A stretch of DNA of 64,000 bases from Octopus sinensis (GCF_006345805.1 NC_043001.1:78988001-79052000), one strand, 5' to 3'. Positions 39,090-53,153 are shown, counted from the stretch's first letter. Notes: a model not told the origin generated them from the sequence alone. Made by a program: numbers and translations.

Positions 39090-39305
39090 TGAAGGCAGTG
39101 AGCTGGCCGAATCGCTAGCACGCTGGGGATTTGCTTAGCGGCATTTCGACCGTCGTTAGGGTTGGGTTCTATTTCGCTGTAGTCGACTTTGCTTTTCATC
39201 CTTTTGAGGTCTATAAAATAAGTTACAGTTGAGTACTGGGGGTGATGTAATCGACTATCCCCACTCCAAGTTGCAGGCCTTGTGTCTATAGTAGAAAGGA
39301 TTATT
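39090..39305 (+). mobile_element. SINE family A, near full length
   Basis: GAAGGCAGTGAGCTGGCCGAATCG...GTCGACTTTGCTTTTCATCC...GGCCTTGTGTCTATAGTAGAAAGGATTATTAT. Confidence 0.85.
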
Positions 39306-39594
39306 ATGAAGGTTTTACCGAAAAAGGTTGTGTTGCTGAAAGGTATTGAAAACAGTGAGAACAGACATTATCCTCTTATCATTGACTGGAAAAAACAATC
39401 GCGATAGGACAGGAAGTCCTCTATCCCAACACACGTACTAGAAATTCGATGTGAATGTGAACATGGTGCATGTAAATGGGCGTGAGCTGAGAATGCATCT
39501 GTGATTGGGAAAGGACGATTGAGAAACGGCATTTCTCTTGAGGAACGTAATTTTTGTGGAATTTCCACGAGAAATCCTCGGAGCTCTTATAACA

Positions 39595-39798
<204 letters not shown>

Positions 39799-40039
39799 AT
39801 ACAGTTTTTATAAATGTATTTATATATGTGTGTGTATGATGTATGTATGCATCGATATATTTATATTTATATGTATAAAAATTTAGTCGTCACTAATTGT
39901 GACTGTATGTGCTTGTAGTACATATATTGCTAGAAATAAAAGCTAAACATGTTATAGCTGCGTAAGGCACATTTATATGTACTGAAGATGTAGGCAATTG
40001 CACCGTGAGCGAGCCAATCTAGAACACTGGACTTCACAG

Positions 40040-40470
40040 TATCATCCTGATAGGAATTTTCAATAGTGTGCCCCCGTTGTTTCTAAGGAACAGTTTCTTC
40101 TCTCTTTCATTTCGTACATATAATCAGCCTGTATTTTCATACCTTCAGCCCACAAACTCTATGACAACCGCTTGCTCTCTTCCTTTGAACAGTTCCTGTC
40201 AAGGTTGTCTGAAGCAGTGGTTCGTAACACATTGCACGTCCAAAATATGACAGACTTGTGGACTTCCCTGCTCGACAATATGTGTCCTTGGATGCCCAGT
40301 TTTCTAGTACTGCAACTTTTATTACTCTGTGTTTCCAGCTTGTCCTTCCGAATCTGCAACAGGTCAACATCAAAGGCTTTTATCAGTTTCTTTATATCGA
40401 TAAACATCATTCTTGTTTTCTGACCCATAGAGGACAATTGGGATAATGTAACAGTGAAGGACTACTACGC
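40040..40470 (-). mobile_element. RTE-clade LINE 3' fragment, decayed
   Basis: Frameshifted PIVLYGSE...KLIKAFD...CCRFGRTSWKHRVIKVAVLE...LSYFGRAM...TLTGTVQRKRASG, matching the RTE C-terminal LYGSE/SW.DRV/YFGH/GKR.RG pattern. Confidence 0.75.
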
Positions 40471-41686
40471 GGTTGTTCTGTTAGAACAAACTATACCATG
40501 AGAGAAACACTCATATTGGCTTTTGGTGCAAAATGTACGCTTATTTATATCGCAGCAGGGGAGATAAATCCTCGCCATTCTCCAGGCACCAACAACACCA
40601 GGTTACGTGATGTTGACCTTTCTTGTTTTGGCACTAGTTTTTCTATATAATTCTTGGCGGGGAGATGAGTCATTGCTATCACTAGCAGTCGAGCGTCCAT
40701 CATTGACTGCTCGGTATTAATTCTCCTTCTGACGCTAATATATAATCTAACAGTCGACTAACCCCAATTTTAGTTGTAGTGACATTTGAGGTGAAGACAT
40801 TTTTCTTTTTTATAAATATTGTTTTAACCGGATTCCTTCTCAGACTTACTACTACACAACGACCTTCCAAGTATATTATTTGTTCTACACACTCGAATTT
40901 TTATTTTCGTTACACATTATAAAAACTAACTGACCCAGAAAATGAAGTTAAGGAAACATGCCTGTCGTGGAGGCTCACCATTAGTTCTTGTAATGGATTC
41001 GGTGTTCGGCTATTGTAACATGCATCGTCGAAACCGGCGAGGGTCCATTTTACATTACCATACAATTCACATTCTATTCACGAAGACATTGCAAACCGTC
41101 TTTTATTTTCACTTCCAAATATATATATTTCATTTATTTTATTCCTGCGACACTTTTCTTATTTGGTTTTGCTTGGATATTTCTTTCCTTCCATATCTTT
41201 CATTAGTTTCCTTCATTAATTCATTTATTTCTCTTCCTTTATTCTACCTTTGCTTCTTCAATATCTTTCTGTGTATCTTGTTGATTTATTTATGCATTTT
41301 GCCTTCTGTCGTTCTTACTTTTCCATCTTTTTATTCATTTAGTTTTTTATTCATATATTCTTTCTCTGATTTTCACTTCATTTTATTATTTAATTATTTT
41401 CTACCTTCATTTCATTACATTTCACTTCTTCCTTAAATTTTTGTTATAATTATTTTTTCTCTTTTCTTTCTGTCATTTCTGTAAATACGTTGAGATTAGC
41501 AATTGTGATTTGACTCGTTCTTGCCAATATTACTCGTACTAATTAACAATACAGATCTGCTAGCTGCTTTATCGATTCTATAGTAACAGTGGTGAAGATC
41601 GCTATTTTCATCTGAACAACGAGAACGATGGCCTAAGGCTTTCCAAACGTGACAGCTACTTCAAATATTTTCCAGGTACAGTATAT

Positions 41687-42191
41687 ATTACATGGGAAAA
41701 TGCGAGCATGAAAAGTCATATACTTAAGATTATAAACCCGGAAAATTTAGGACAAGTTATTACACCTGTTAAAGTATAGGACAAGCTATTACTTCTAGCA
41801 AAGAATAAGAAACTTTTTACTTAAAATATTGCAGCAAAGAAAGCCAGTTTTTCTAATTTATCACTCTTTACAGTTCTTGTCTTTTACATTTATTGTACAA
41901 AATTTGTAAGTTTGTTTAATTAGTCATTTTCCTGTATTTAAGGTAGTAAATTAGCTAAATTCTACTAAAACAAATATAGTGTTATTTGTAAACTATAATA
42001 AAATAATTTTTAATATTCAAATTTTAAATTTAGCAGCAATATTTTAAGAGAAAACGTTTCTTTACTTTACTTTACTTTACTAGAAGTAGTAGCGTGTCCT
42101 CTACTTTTACACGTGTAATAACTTGTCCTGTACTTTTCCAGGTTTATAATCTAAAGAATATGACTTTTCCTGCTCGCATTTTCCATGTAAT
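41687..42191. mobile_element. Long-TIR foldback element / MITE
   Basis: ~150-bp imperfect arms: ATTACATGGGAAAATGCGAGCATGAAAAGTCATA... versus ...TATGACTTTTCCTGCTCGCATTTTCCATGTAAT, with internal AGGACAAG repeats. No TSD seen. Confidence 0.75.
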
Positions 42192-42944
42192 CCATGATTT
42201 TTCTGGGCATTGCTGTTATAAGATAATCAATAATTTACCCTTTTATAATTTAAGATTCTACCTTATAAAATACTGAAAGATAATATTTCAATGTTTCCCT
42301 GTAAGTGATGATAATATTTCAAATGTTCGCGTTTAATTTAAGTATACGCTTTGATTGAATTATTTGATATTACCCATCCACACCAAATTAAAGACAGGGA
42401 CTTCTATCGTGTAGTTGGTTGCATCATGGCTCACCAAATGTTACAAACAACAAGAGCCCAAAACCATCAGCTGGTAGGCTCACCTTAAGTAACCTAAGTT
42501 TGCAGTATTGGGAGGTCACGGGAATTCATTCAACGAAAAAGAAAATTTCCAACGATTCTGGGATGAGGGGAAACACCCCACCTCATTTTTTCCGAACCAA
42601 AATAAGGGATTTGCAGCATATTAAGATGTCAGGGTACTTGATTCCACGCAAAAAAAAATCAAGATTTATTTTTCTTAGTGAAATCGTTCGGATGTTAATA
42701 TAGATCTTGACCTTAATGTTGTTATTTAGCCTCAAATAAACCCTGACGCTGCAACCGTATCATCAAAGACATTCCAGCCTTCAGTAAACTGTCTTTTTAG
42801 GGATAATCTAGGACATTGCATACACTGGGCGTGTGATTTAGGTAGGAAGATACTTTGCCTGCTATTCTTAGCGTGTCGAGCGACTAGGAAGGGGCTCTTT
42901 CGTTGGTTCGATTGCGTGATGAGATTCCTTTACACATATATGTA

Positions 42945-43021
<77 letters not shown>

Positions 43022-43030
43022 TATATATAT

Positions 43031-43309
43031 TTTATATTATATTGAGGGTACTACTATTCGTAGATACCAACACGCTAAGAGGGACCAATGCGGTCAAAAC
43101 TACTAAAAATAAACAAAATTTTACCGAATGCAAAACTTCAAAACACATCATTTTGAAAAAGAATTCAGTAACTGAATTCTTTTTTAAAATGATGTGTTTT
43201 GAAGTTTTGCATTCGGTAAAATTTTGTTTATTTTTAGTAGTTTTGACCGCATTGGTCCCTCTTAGCGTGTTGGTATCTACGAATAGTAGTACCCTCAATA
43301 TAATATAAA
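43031..43309. repeat. Near-perfect 279-bp palindrome centred at 43170
   Basis: 139-bp arms, 1-nt spacer, one G/T mismatch seen (43155/43185). The ORF track gives the same peptide on both strands. Confidence 0.97.
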
Positions 43310-43540
43310 TGAATATTTTCAAAGAGGAAGAATTTACGGATTTTTTCTCTTACGAGGTTTTTCACGCTGACTACTGATAATTTCTTTTAAAGATTTTATC
43401 CTCAATTGTTAAAAGAAAAAACAAAATATATATATATATGAAGTTAATCCAAACAAGAAAGCAGGAAAAAACACAACAACGCGAGGACGTGGAACAAATA
43501 TAGTATTATTGGACGCTCAGGAAAGAAAGAAAGAAGGAGG

Positions 43541-43575
43541 GTTTAACGTTTCGAGCGGAGCTCTTCGTCGGAAAC
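43541..43575 (-). ncRNA. Minimal hammerhead-like motif within a ~190-bp element (43440-43632)
   Basis: Sense GUUU-CCGACGA-aGAGCuccGCUC-GAAA-CG-UU-AAAC: stem I GUUU/AAAC, 4-bp stem II, palindromic ACGU stem III; the core has C in place of U4. Confidence 0.7.
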
Positions 43576-43630
43576 ATTGGAGAAGGAAAGATCCAGAGAT
43601 GGGAAGACAGAGTGAAAAAAATCGCCAACG

Positions 43631-43701
<71 letters not shown>

Positions 43702-43793
43702 ATTGGCAGAAGTTAGAGAATAAGTGAAAAGCTGAGTGTTTCGTGTATTGGCATTTATCAAACACGAATTGTCACTGTAACTTCTGACAAAAT

Positions 43794-44232
43794 AACTTCT
43801 GAAATACAAAGTTTTGTCTAAAACGTTAAGAGTAAACCCTGTTCTATGTGACACATTCTACCAGCATCGGAAGTTTGAAAGTGTTTAGTTAAGATAAATT
43901 AATTAAATAATCAGTACGTCTAATTGTATAGATCCGAAATGGATGAGAGTAAAGTCAACCTCGGCGGAATTTGAACTCAGAACGTGAGACAGACGAAATA
44001 CAGCTTCTAAAATACAAAATTTTGCCAGAAACGTTACGAATAAACCCTGTTCCATGTGACATATTCTACCAGTATCGGAAGTTTGAAAATGTTTAGTTAA
44101 AAATAATTAATTAAATAATCTGTACGTCAAGGTCGACCTTGACGAAATTTTAACTCAAAAATGTAAAGACAGACGAAATACCGTTCAGCATTTCACCCGG
44201 CGCGTTAACGTTTCTGCCTGCTCGCCACCTTG
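43794..44232. repeat. Diverged direct duplication (~130 bp unique + SINE A piece)
   Basis: TAAACCCTGTT...ATTCTACCAG...GGAAGTTTGAAA...AATTAATTAAATAATC occurs at ~43833 and ~44041, each followed by SINE A sequence. Confidence 0.8.
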
Positions 44233-45687
44233 GAAATTAAGCAATGATTTTAGAAATATATTCTTTATTCTTATAGCTGAAGCGTTACTCCCTTACTTAC
44301 TGACATGAAATTTCGTAACATTTTACCTCATAACTCTTCTACAAAATTTTTTCAATGCAACTAGTGATTCTGAATTGCTCATGCCTTTTTGTATCATTTA
44401 AGCCTAAGAAAGGTATACTTTTAATTTAAAATTAAAATGTTTATGATAATTTATGGTGAATAGGTGCCTTACTGCCTCCCACTTGAGGTCGCAGATATTT
44501 TGATGTAACTTTTTCCTACTGAATCAAAACTCAAACGATTTATACCGAAGTGTAGCTGAGAAGGTGTGCTCTTTAAAACTGTTAACAGTTTGCAATTTAG
44601 TTGAGAACTGAATTACTGGTGAAGCTTGGAAGCTGCTGCGCTTGACGAAATGGTGAACTTAAGTATATACTCAACCACTACAATGGTTGAATGATACGTT
44701 GAAATGCTTCAATATATCCTTCATTTTCAAGGACAGTGGGTTGCTAGCAGAAGAATATTATGGTGTTATTTCTAGAAAATAGGTGGATTGCACAGAGACC
44801 TTCCCCTAACTCCAAGTAAAAAGATGAGCGATCAACTCTAGATTAACGGAATTGAGTGCTGATCAAGGAGGTCGATAGCGAAAAGCTTTCTAATTGTGAT
44901 AGCAACTTAAAACATTTTCTAAGTACAGTATAACTATGTCGAAAATTTTCAAATATATCATTGATTTGCAAATACTTTGGGTTACTAGCTGAAGGATATT
45001 TGACTGCTATTTCGAGGAAATAACACTGTGTAGAGCATTTCGTATGTCTCTGAGTACATAGGTACATGTTTGTGCACACGTGTATCTGTATGTAGGTGTC
45101 CATTTGTGTGTGCTTTTATGTGCATGTAATGTATGTACATACTTGCGTGTGTGTGTTGTGTATGTTTGTGTATGCATGTATGTGTCTGCATGTGTGCGTA
45201 TGTCTGTGTAGCTGCGTATAGAAGCCTGTATTATGGTATAACGGTATTATTACTAAATATCTGTCTTATGTATGTGTATACCTGAGTAAAGCTGTATATG
45301 TAACATTATAAATAGTGCGTATATGTGGTGACATATATTGTGTACTTATATACACATGCAACACGTCCGCCTAGCATTTGAATGTTTACATACCTAATCT
45401 ACGAAATTAATTTATACACGCGCATCACATAAAAAGACGCAGAGAAACAGTTACACAACGACACACGTAAAGAGACGCAAGCATATACTTATAAATATAT
45501 GTACACGCATGCGTGCATGTATGTATTGTAAGAACGTATTTATGAATATAAGTGTATACATGAATACACAGAGATACAGACACAAACTCCCAAATACGCA
45601 AACACGCATTTTACCCGCATGTTTGTATACTTGTATACATGTATACACACACACATATATATATGTATGTGTGTGCATGTATGTATG

Positions 45688-45731
<44 letters not shown>

Positions 45732-46451
45732 AATATGTATATACGTATATGTATGCATATATATATATATATACATATGTATATATGTATGTATGTGTAT
45801 GTATATATATATACAAACAATTATATATAAACACATATAATATATATACACATATGTATATATGGGCGTGTGTGTATGTGTGTGTATATGTGTATGTGTG
45901 AGTTTGTGTGCTACACACACACATACATACATGGGCAGTTGTATGATTACTTGGCAGTGTTTTATATCATTGCATGTGTGTCTGACAGCGTGTACATATG
46001 TATGACTTATTTAGGAGCAGTCGCCATAGTTAGAGGATGTCATTCCACATGATTCTTACGTTCAACGGAATTTTGGCAGTGAATGATTCAACACAGTGAC
46101 AGTTGTAACGTTTAATGTCGATTTGGCACACAAGACACCTATGAACGTGATTTAATTTCTGAGTTCACTCTGCGGACTATAGAATTGAAATAACCTAGTG
46201 TTATTGATGTTGATGTTGTTGTTGTCGTTGTTGTTGCTGATGTTGTTTTTCTTGTTGATGGCAGTATTTTAGCTGCAGGTCATCCCAAATCCATGAAGGC
46301 GCGTTGCCTAATTTTTAGGGTGTTTCACCCCCGATGGAGTTTCCGTTATGTTCTTGAGCAAACTTCCTTTCATGCTATTCCAGTCTGTTCAGCTTTAGAA
46401 AAGAGGACAACACAACCCTGATATATGCATACAGACGCATATATTGTTCCA

Positions 46452-46785
46452 CGTGCAGGCATGGCTGTGTGGTAAGAAGCTTGCTTCCAAACCACAGGTG
46501 ACTTCTACTATAACCTCGGGCCGACCAAAGTCTTGTGGGTGGATTTGGTAGACGGAAACTGAAAGAAGCCCATCGTGCTTATGAATCTGTGTTTGTCACA
46601 CCAACAACGTTTGACGTCAATGCTGGTGAGTTTATGTACCCGTAACTTAGCGGTTCGGCCAAAGAAACCAATAGAATAAGTACTAGGCTTACAAAGAATA
46701 AGTACTGAGCTAGATTTGTTCGACTAAAGGCGGAGCTGCAGTCAAATGACTGAAACAAGTAAGGAAATAAACGAAATAAAAGTAC
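46452..46785 (+). mobile_element. SINE family B, almost no internal microsatellite
   Basis: GCAGGCATGGCTGTGTGGTAAGAAGCTTGCTTCC head; GACGGAAACTGAAAGAAGCCC; GAATAAGTACTAGGCTTACAAAG. Confidence 0.85.
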
Positions 46786-47124
46786 ACATACACACACACG
46801 CGCGCGCGCGCGCACGCACACATACACACATATACATGCACACACACACACACACACACAAACACTCCCAATGATCCTTGTTTTCCTTGTATCGTCTGTG
46901 TCTGGATATTTTGTTGTCCCTTTTTTGTTTCACCTAATTGTCTGGATGTTTTGCGTTCTTGTCCCATTTTTGTATTGAATATATATATATAATATATAAT
47001 ATATTTTACAAAATGTTTCTGATTATATATATCGAGAGAGAATGAAAGAGTGTGTGTATGTTCCGAATAAAATTGATATTTATATCTCCTTTGTTACAGA
47101 AACAGCTTTATGTAGAGATAAATG

Positions 47125-47502
47125 TGGAGGGGCAATGGCCCAGTGATTTGGGCAGCGGATTTGCGGATGTAAGGTCGCAGTTTCGATTCCTAGACCGGAC
47201 GTTTTGAGTGTTTATTGAGCGAAAACACCTAAAACTCTACGAGGCTCCGGCAAGTGGGTGGCGAACCCTGCTATACTCTTTCACCACAATTTTCTCTTAC
47301 TCTGTCTTCTCGTTTCTGTTGTACCTGTATTTTAAAGTGTCAGCCTCGTCCCACTCTGTTTCACGCTGAATCTCCCCGAGAACTACGTTAAGGGTACACG
47401 TGCCTGTGGAGTGATCAGTCACTTGCATGTTAATTTCACGAGCAGGCTTTTCCGTTGATCGGATCAACTGGAACCCTCGCCATCGTATCCGACGGAATGG
47501 CA
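47125..47502 (+). mobile_element. tRNA-derived SINE sharing the family C 3' tail
   Basis: A-box TGGCCCAGTGA, B-box AGTTTCGATTCC; tail CTGAATCTCCCCGAGAACTAC...CCGACGGA as in ~34565-34700. Confidence 0.8.
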
Positions 47503-47729
47503 TAGGTAAATAATCAACAGCTTTAGGGAGAATAAACATTTAATTTCTAGTTGAGGAAAATAAATTAGCGCACATGGACGTGAAGCCATTTGAATATTGG
47601 AAAAATGTCATCTGCATGATGTTTATTCGCACCGAGTATCACATGTCGACATTATGACTTCTGATCAAAGCTATGTGTGCCCTGTGAATGCTGTAAGATA
47701 TGCCGTGGACAGCTTCGACGGTGACTACG

Positions 47730-48300
47730 ATGTTGTAGCAACATGAAAGAGAACATTAGGCGTTCTAACTCCGTCGACACCATCCAATACATAGTCACTT
47801 CTTTCAGCATATCCTTAGGCTCAATTCACATGGCTATATGAAGCTGTTGAAGACTACAGTCAATCACTGGCTGAAGTTGATTGCTACACGAACGCCATAT
47901 ATGCGTCAAAAGCGTTTGGCTCCTTGCGATACCTCTAGAAAGAGTCTGAAGTAGTTGTCGGAGAATTTCTACGATTCTACGAATGCTAATATCTGGCCTC
48001 CTAACTGCCTCAATTATAATCCCTTGGATGAATGCCTGTCAGGGGCAGTTAAGAAAAACACTAACCGTTCTCTGTGTTGGTGGCGAAGGCCAAAGAGGTG
48101 TTCGAAGATGTTCACATGGTCACTGCAACGAATGGATTTTTCCAGGTTCCTGTGTTGTCTTGAAACCGTGGGGGTAAGTGTCGGCGGATAATTTGATTTA
48201 AATGTTTTCTGTCAGCCATATGCTTATTGAAACAATTTTATTTTATGAAATACTTTGAATTTTGGATGGGATATTGTACCGTCTTTTTATGCAAACATTC
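47730..48300 (+). mobile_element. maT/DD37D-like transposase 3' remnant
   Basis: LAPCDTSRKSLK*LSENFYDSTNANIWPPNCLNYNPLDECLSGAVKKNTNR, similar to the 61590-62135 copy. Confidence 0.7.
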
Positions 48301-48409
48301 ATGATGTTGTGATCCTAAGTGTAACTCTCTAACCATCAACGTCCACGCATTCACACACACACGTCCGCTCCAACACACACACACACATATATGTGTACAC
48401 ACACACACA

Positions 48410-48481
<72 letters not shown>

Positions 48482-48618
48482 GGATAGGTGTGTCCATGCA
48501 AACTGGAAAAATGTGGTCCAAAATACGGGTATATATATTCTTTCATTAATACTTAGCAGAAGTAACAGAGCAGCTTAAAGTCTGAAAGTTTCATGCGTTG
48601 TCACTTATCTAAGCTCTG

Positions 48619-48713
<95 letters not shown>

Positions 48714-49270
48714 TGCTCTGTCGGACCGGTTAACAAGTTCACCTCGCAATAATACGACCTCAGATACATCTCACTATGAGGATACCTGGAGAAGTCCCAA
48801 GTTTCTTTTCATCGGGTCAACCTCTGACATTTGAAATAAATTGGATAAAAGAAAACGGCATAGAATCCCATCAGATATTGAACCTATACTTCATAGGGCC
48901 AGTCTCGCCTTGCTGTGTCACGTGGCTCCTGTCAGTGAGTTGTATTATAAGGTGTACACAACATTAAAGCGGGTAGGTAGACCTTTATTTGCTGATTTTT
49001 TTTGTTCATTTGATCGAGAAAGTGAAAAAACATTGACGACCATTCTCAGAGGATACTTTTTCATTCTATAAATGTCTTACACATACATGCACATACACAC
49101 ACACGTACTACCGCGCGCCTAAACACACACACACACGCACGTCCGTACGCACATAGAGACAAACGCAGACAGATGCACACATGAATGGTTCAGAAAATGA
49201 ACACATGTACAGACGCACAGACACACACGCAAACGCATGTATATATATACAGAGAATAATTGAGAGAAAA

Positions 49271-49301
<31 letters not shown>

Positions 49302-49629
49302 ACTGACAGAGAGGGAGGAAGAGTGAGAAGGACAGAGGCAGAAAAATAGAGAGAATAACATAGACATAGACAGAAGGGGACAGGGAGAACGAGAGGTAGA
49401 AAGACAGCAGTAAAGTGAAAGAGAGAGAGAGAGAAATAGGAAGACAGAAACAGAAAGAGAGAAGTAAATTAATGTTTATGGATAAGAACAAACATTTCAT
49501 ACAGACAGACAAAAGGGGAGGGAGAAAGGCAGCAGCAGAGTGAAGAAGAGAGAAAGAGAGTGATAGAGAAAGAGAGAGAGAGAGATAGAACAAGAAGGAC
49601 GGAGAGAGAAAGAGTGAGAGAAAAATAGA

Positions 49630-49706
49630 AAGATTAGTGTATATATATTTCTTTACTACCCACAAGGGGCTAAACACAGAGAGGACAAACAAGATTAGTG
49701 TATATA
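49630..49706 (-). mobile_element. 45-bp SINE A tail insertion with 16-bp target-site duplication
   Basis: AAGATTAGTGTATATA at 49630-49645 and 49691-49706 flanks TATTTCTTTACTACCCACAAGGGGCTAAACACAGAGAGGACAAAC (compare 3589-3635). Confidence 0.85.
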
Positions 49707-50324
49707 GATATGGACGAACATCTCCCATACTAAGAATTGTATATCTTCGTATTCTGACGTCGCTTTATAAAGTCTTGGAGCAGTTGAAATTCTTGCACAT
49801 TGCGTCAGTTTCAGCTGGATATCACGGAATAAGCAGCAGAAATTCTAATGAAAGAATAAGATAAAAATGTTCGATTTAATAGAAAAAATATGTTTTTATT
49901 GTACTTTTTATTTGTTTCAGTAATTAGATTAATGCGGCTATGCTGGGGCGCCGCCTTGAAGAGATTTGTAGTACTGATTTTTTTAAAAAGCTTAGTATTT
50001 ATTCTATCGGTCTCTTTTGGTGAACTGCTAGTTTACCGAGACATAAACACACAAGCAGCAGTCATATTCAGCCGACCGACAAAGAATATGTGTTGCAATC
50101 TCCTAAGTTTCAGTCTGTTTTACTTGAGCTTGGAATAGATAAAATAGGTGCTAGTTAAGTACTGCGGTTGATGGAACCAACTGAATGCTTCTTCAAACGG
50201 AAAGTGATTATTTGGCAGCTGTTCGGACTCAGATGATTTTGTACACCTGACTGGACATTCAGCGTGCTTTGGCAAAATGCACACAGGCGCGCGTAGAAAT
50301 ATACACATACAAATAGAGAGGGCT

Positions 50325-50385
50325 AGATAGATGGACAGATAGATAGATAGATAGATATATAGATAGATATATAGATAGATAGATA

Positions 50386-50425
<40 letters not shown>

Positions 50426-50456
50426 TTACATAGATAGATAGATAGAAGATAGATAG

Positions 50457-50501
<45 letters not shown>

Positions 50502-50514
50502 CATAGATAGATAC

Positions 50515-50582
<68 letters not shown>
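50325..50582. repeat. (GATA)n microsatellite
   Basis: Directly visible. Confidence 0.97.
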
Positions 50583-50583
<1 letters not shown>

Positions 50584-53121
50584 GAAGGAGAGAAAGAGAG
50601 AGACAGAGAGACAGAGAGAAGGTAGACAGACATACAGGAGTGAGCGAGAGGCGGTAAGGAGGAAGAGATCGCGAGAAACAAACTGTTTGACATCAAATAT
50701 GTCAGAGTGGGATTAGCGGCGCCAACAAGCGGCGCCAAATAATTTATGCCGAAATGTGTTATTCTCTTCACCGAATACGTGACGCTGCGCCAATGTTAGA
50801 TATCAATATTGTGTTAGCTAAAGCACTTAACTATTTTGCAAAGACGCTGTGTATTCCAAACAGAAAGAGATATATTACGTAATTGTCTTCGTTCGCTAAT
50901 TGATAAATGACTGACCTTGTCGGCAGTTTGTTATTGTATAGGGAAGAGAGACAACGAGAGAAAATTAGATGGTAAATTCTAAGCTATACATTCTTCTTGG
51001 CAACACCAACATCCATAAATCAAACCTTGTTTCGAAAGCCACCTAAATAATAGCAGCAATCTCAACAAGTTCGGTAGACCTGCTAGAAGTAATAGCTATA
51101 TCTATGAAGTCAGTCACAGCTGTCTTAAGAATGGGTTGTGCAGTGTAACCCCAACTTCTATTCACACACGGCAGGGTACAATTCTGATCAAATATCTGCT
51201 AAATTGGGCCTGATTTCGGAGCGTAACAATATGCAAAGCAGTTGTGAGATATCAACTGCTATGGAAATCACTTTTGGACGGGTCCACTAATTGGATGATA
51301 ACATTAAGTAGAGAATATAACAATATAATGTTGGTGGTCAGTTACTAATTATTAGTAAACCAGTTGTTGACAAAATTTTTTTCAGTCCATGAATAAGCTT
51401 ACTAATTTGACACCTTTTGATTTTATTAAACTGGCTTAAGCAGACGACGAATGACATAGACCGTGACTATTTTCAGGTTCTCTTGAAGGGCGAGATGAAG
51501 GGAAGAAATTATTTTTCAAAGATGAGAGACATGAACTAAATCTAATAACTAAGAACAAAATGCAGTAAATTTATTTCAGGTGTGGCAATAAAATTACATT
51601 CACCTCTTACGATACTTTCCATTAAAGTTCAACAGCTGTTTCAGAGTTGTTTAGGAAATGTGGAAAACATGAAATATACTATTCTACGCAGACACTAATA
51701 GACAAATCAAGATTTGTTGCAGATATTAGACTAGAACAGAGATTCAAGTTGGAAGATATAGTCACCGGGATGCTTGCCTTTGGCATTTTCAATAGCAATG
51801 AAAGCGATGGTATTTGGAAGTGGGTCAGGGATACTGACTTCTTAAGAATGTGTAACAGTGAAGAGTATTTACAAAGCTCGGACAATCCTCAGAGAGAGAG
51901 AGAGAGAGAGAGGGAGGGAGAGATAGAGAGAGAGAAGTGAGGAAGAGAGAAAGGAGGAGTTAAGTGTGAGGGAAAGTGAATGAGGAATTTGCAGCAAATG
52001 TGCTGCTGTATGTGAAACTGTTAAGGTTGTAATGAGTAGGTAATATTCCCCAGCTGTTGATGTGAGGTCTTATTAATTCTTTTGCTTTTAACTGATTTCA
52101 CTTTCCCGACGACATGTTTCTGATTCGACAATCGGACATTACGTATCCTGCCATGGCTTAAAGCGCCAGAGGGTCGTGAAGATGGCAGTATTGTGTAGCA
52201 TATGTATGTATATATGTATGTAAGGTAGACAATGATGGTAAAGAAGTAAAACAAATGAGTAAGAGTACAGAGATGACAGAGTGTTTGGTCGTTTGGAGAT
52301 AAGTAAGGGATCGAAGGTGTTTGGAATTCCGCGCGCAGGAAATGTTTCATGTTCACAATTTTGTGGATTGTAAAACTTTTGATTTTCACATCGATGAAAC
52401 CAAATTATGAAAAATGAGAAATAAAGTGTTGATCAGTGACATTACCGAGGACGAGTACTTCGCAGATGGGCTAAGAGAGAAATGGGTACCTTCGATGAGT
52501 TACTGTTTGTCGGAGAAATTCAAGGAGTAGCCGATATATATTATGAGGTAATGCTCAGAATATATCGAGAAAAGCAGTCGATCAACTACGAGAGTAAAAA
52601 ATAATCTTAAAAAAACAAACTACGTATCTTGTAATTACAGTTACCCAGGGGTTCCCGGCCGAAGTAATAATTTATTCCGCCATTTATCAAGCTGAAAACT
52701 AGACCGTTTGTCAGTTGTCGCTGGGGATAATAACGTTTAAACAAGAAACGTTTTTGAAAAAGAAAATAAAACAGTTAACTACAAGGGAGAGAACCAACGT
52801 TGCAATAATTCTATGTCAAGCACACGTAAACCAGATGTCAATGTTTGAGTAAGTGTCCGGTGACCTACTTTTAAATTCCGACATGATGTATTTCTTGAAA
52901 TGCAGATATTCACAAAAAATGTCGTTCCTCAAATTCCGATATTCAACACAGGGTTCACTCACAGCCATTCTGCAGCAGTTAAAGAAAAGGACAACCTTAC
53001 AGCAACTATTGGAGAATATTACCTACACGCACAGCTTTACATACATCAGCACATTTGCTCCTTAATCCTCACCATGGTATATTTATGTCTATGCATATGT
53101 ATACATGCATATATATGTATG

Positions 53122-53153
<32 letters not shown>

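Noticed and set aside
48575-48830. Partial hammerhead-like words on the minus strand (GATAAG...GAAAC; CCGATGA-aaa-GAAAC)
   Set aside because: Core incomplete, or no stem II/stem I pairing.
50715-50740. Tandem GCGGCGCCAA (E2F-like sites)
   Set aside because: Two short motifs with no associated gene or promoter evidence.
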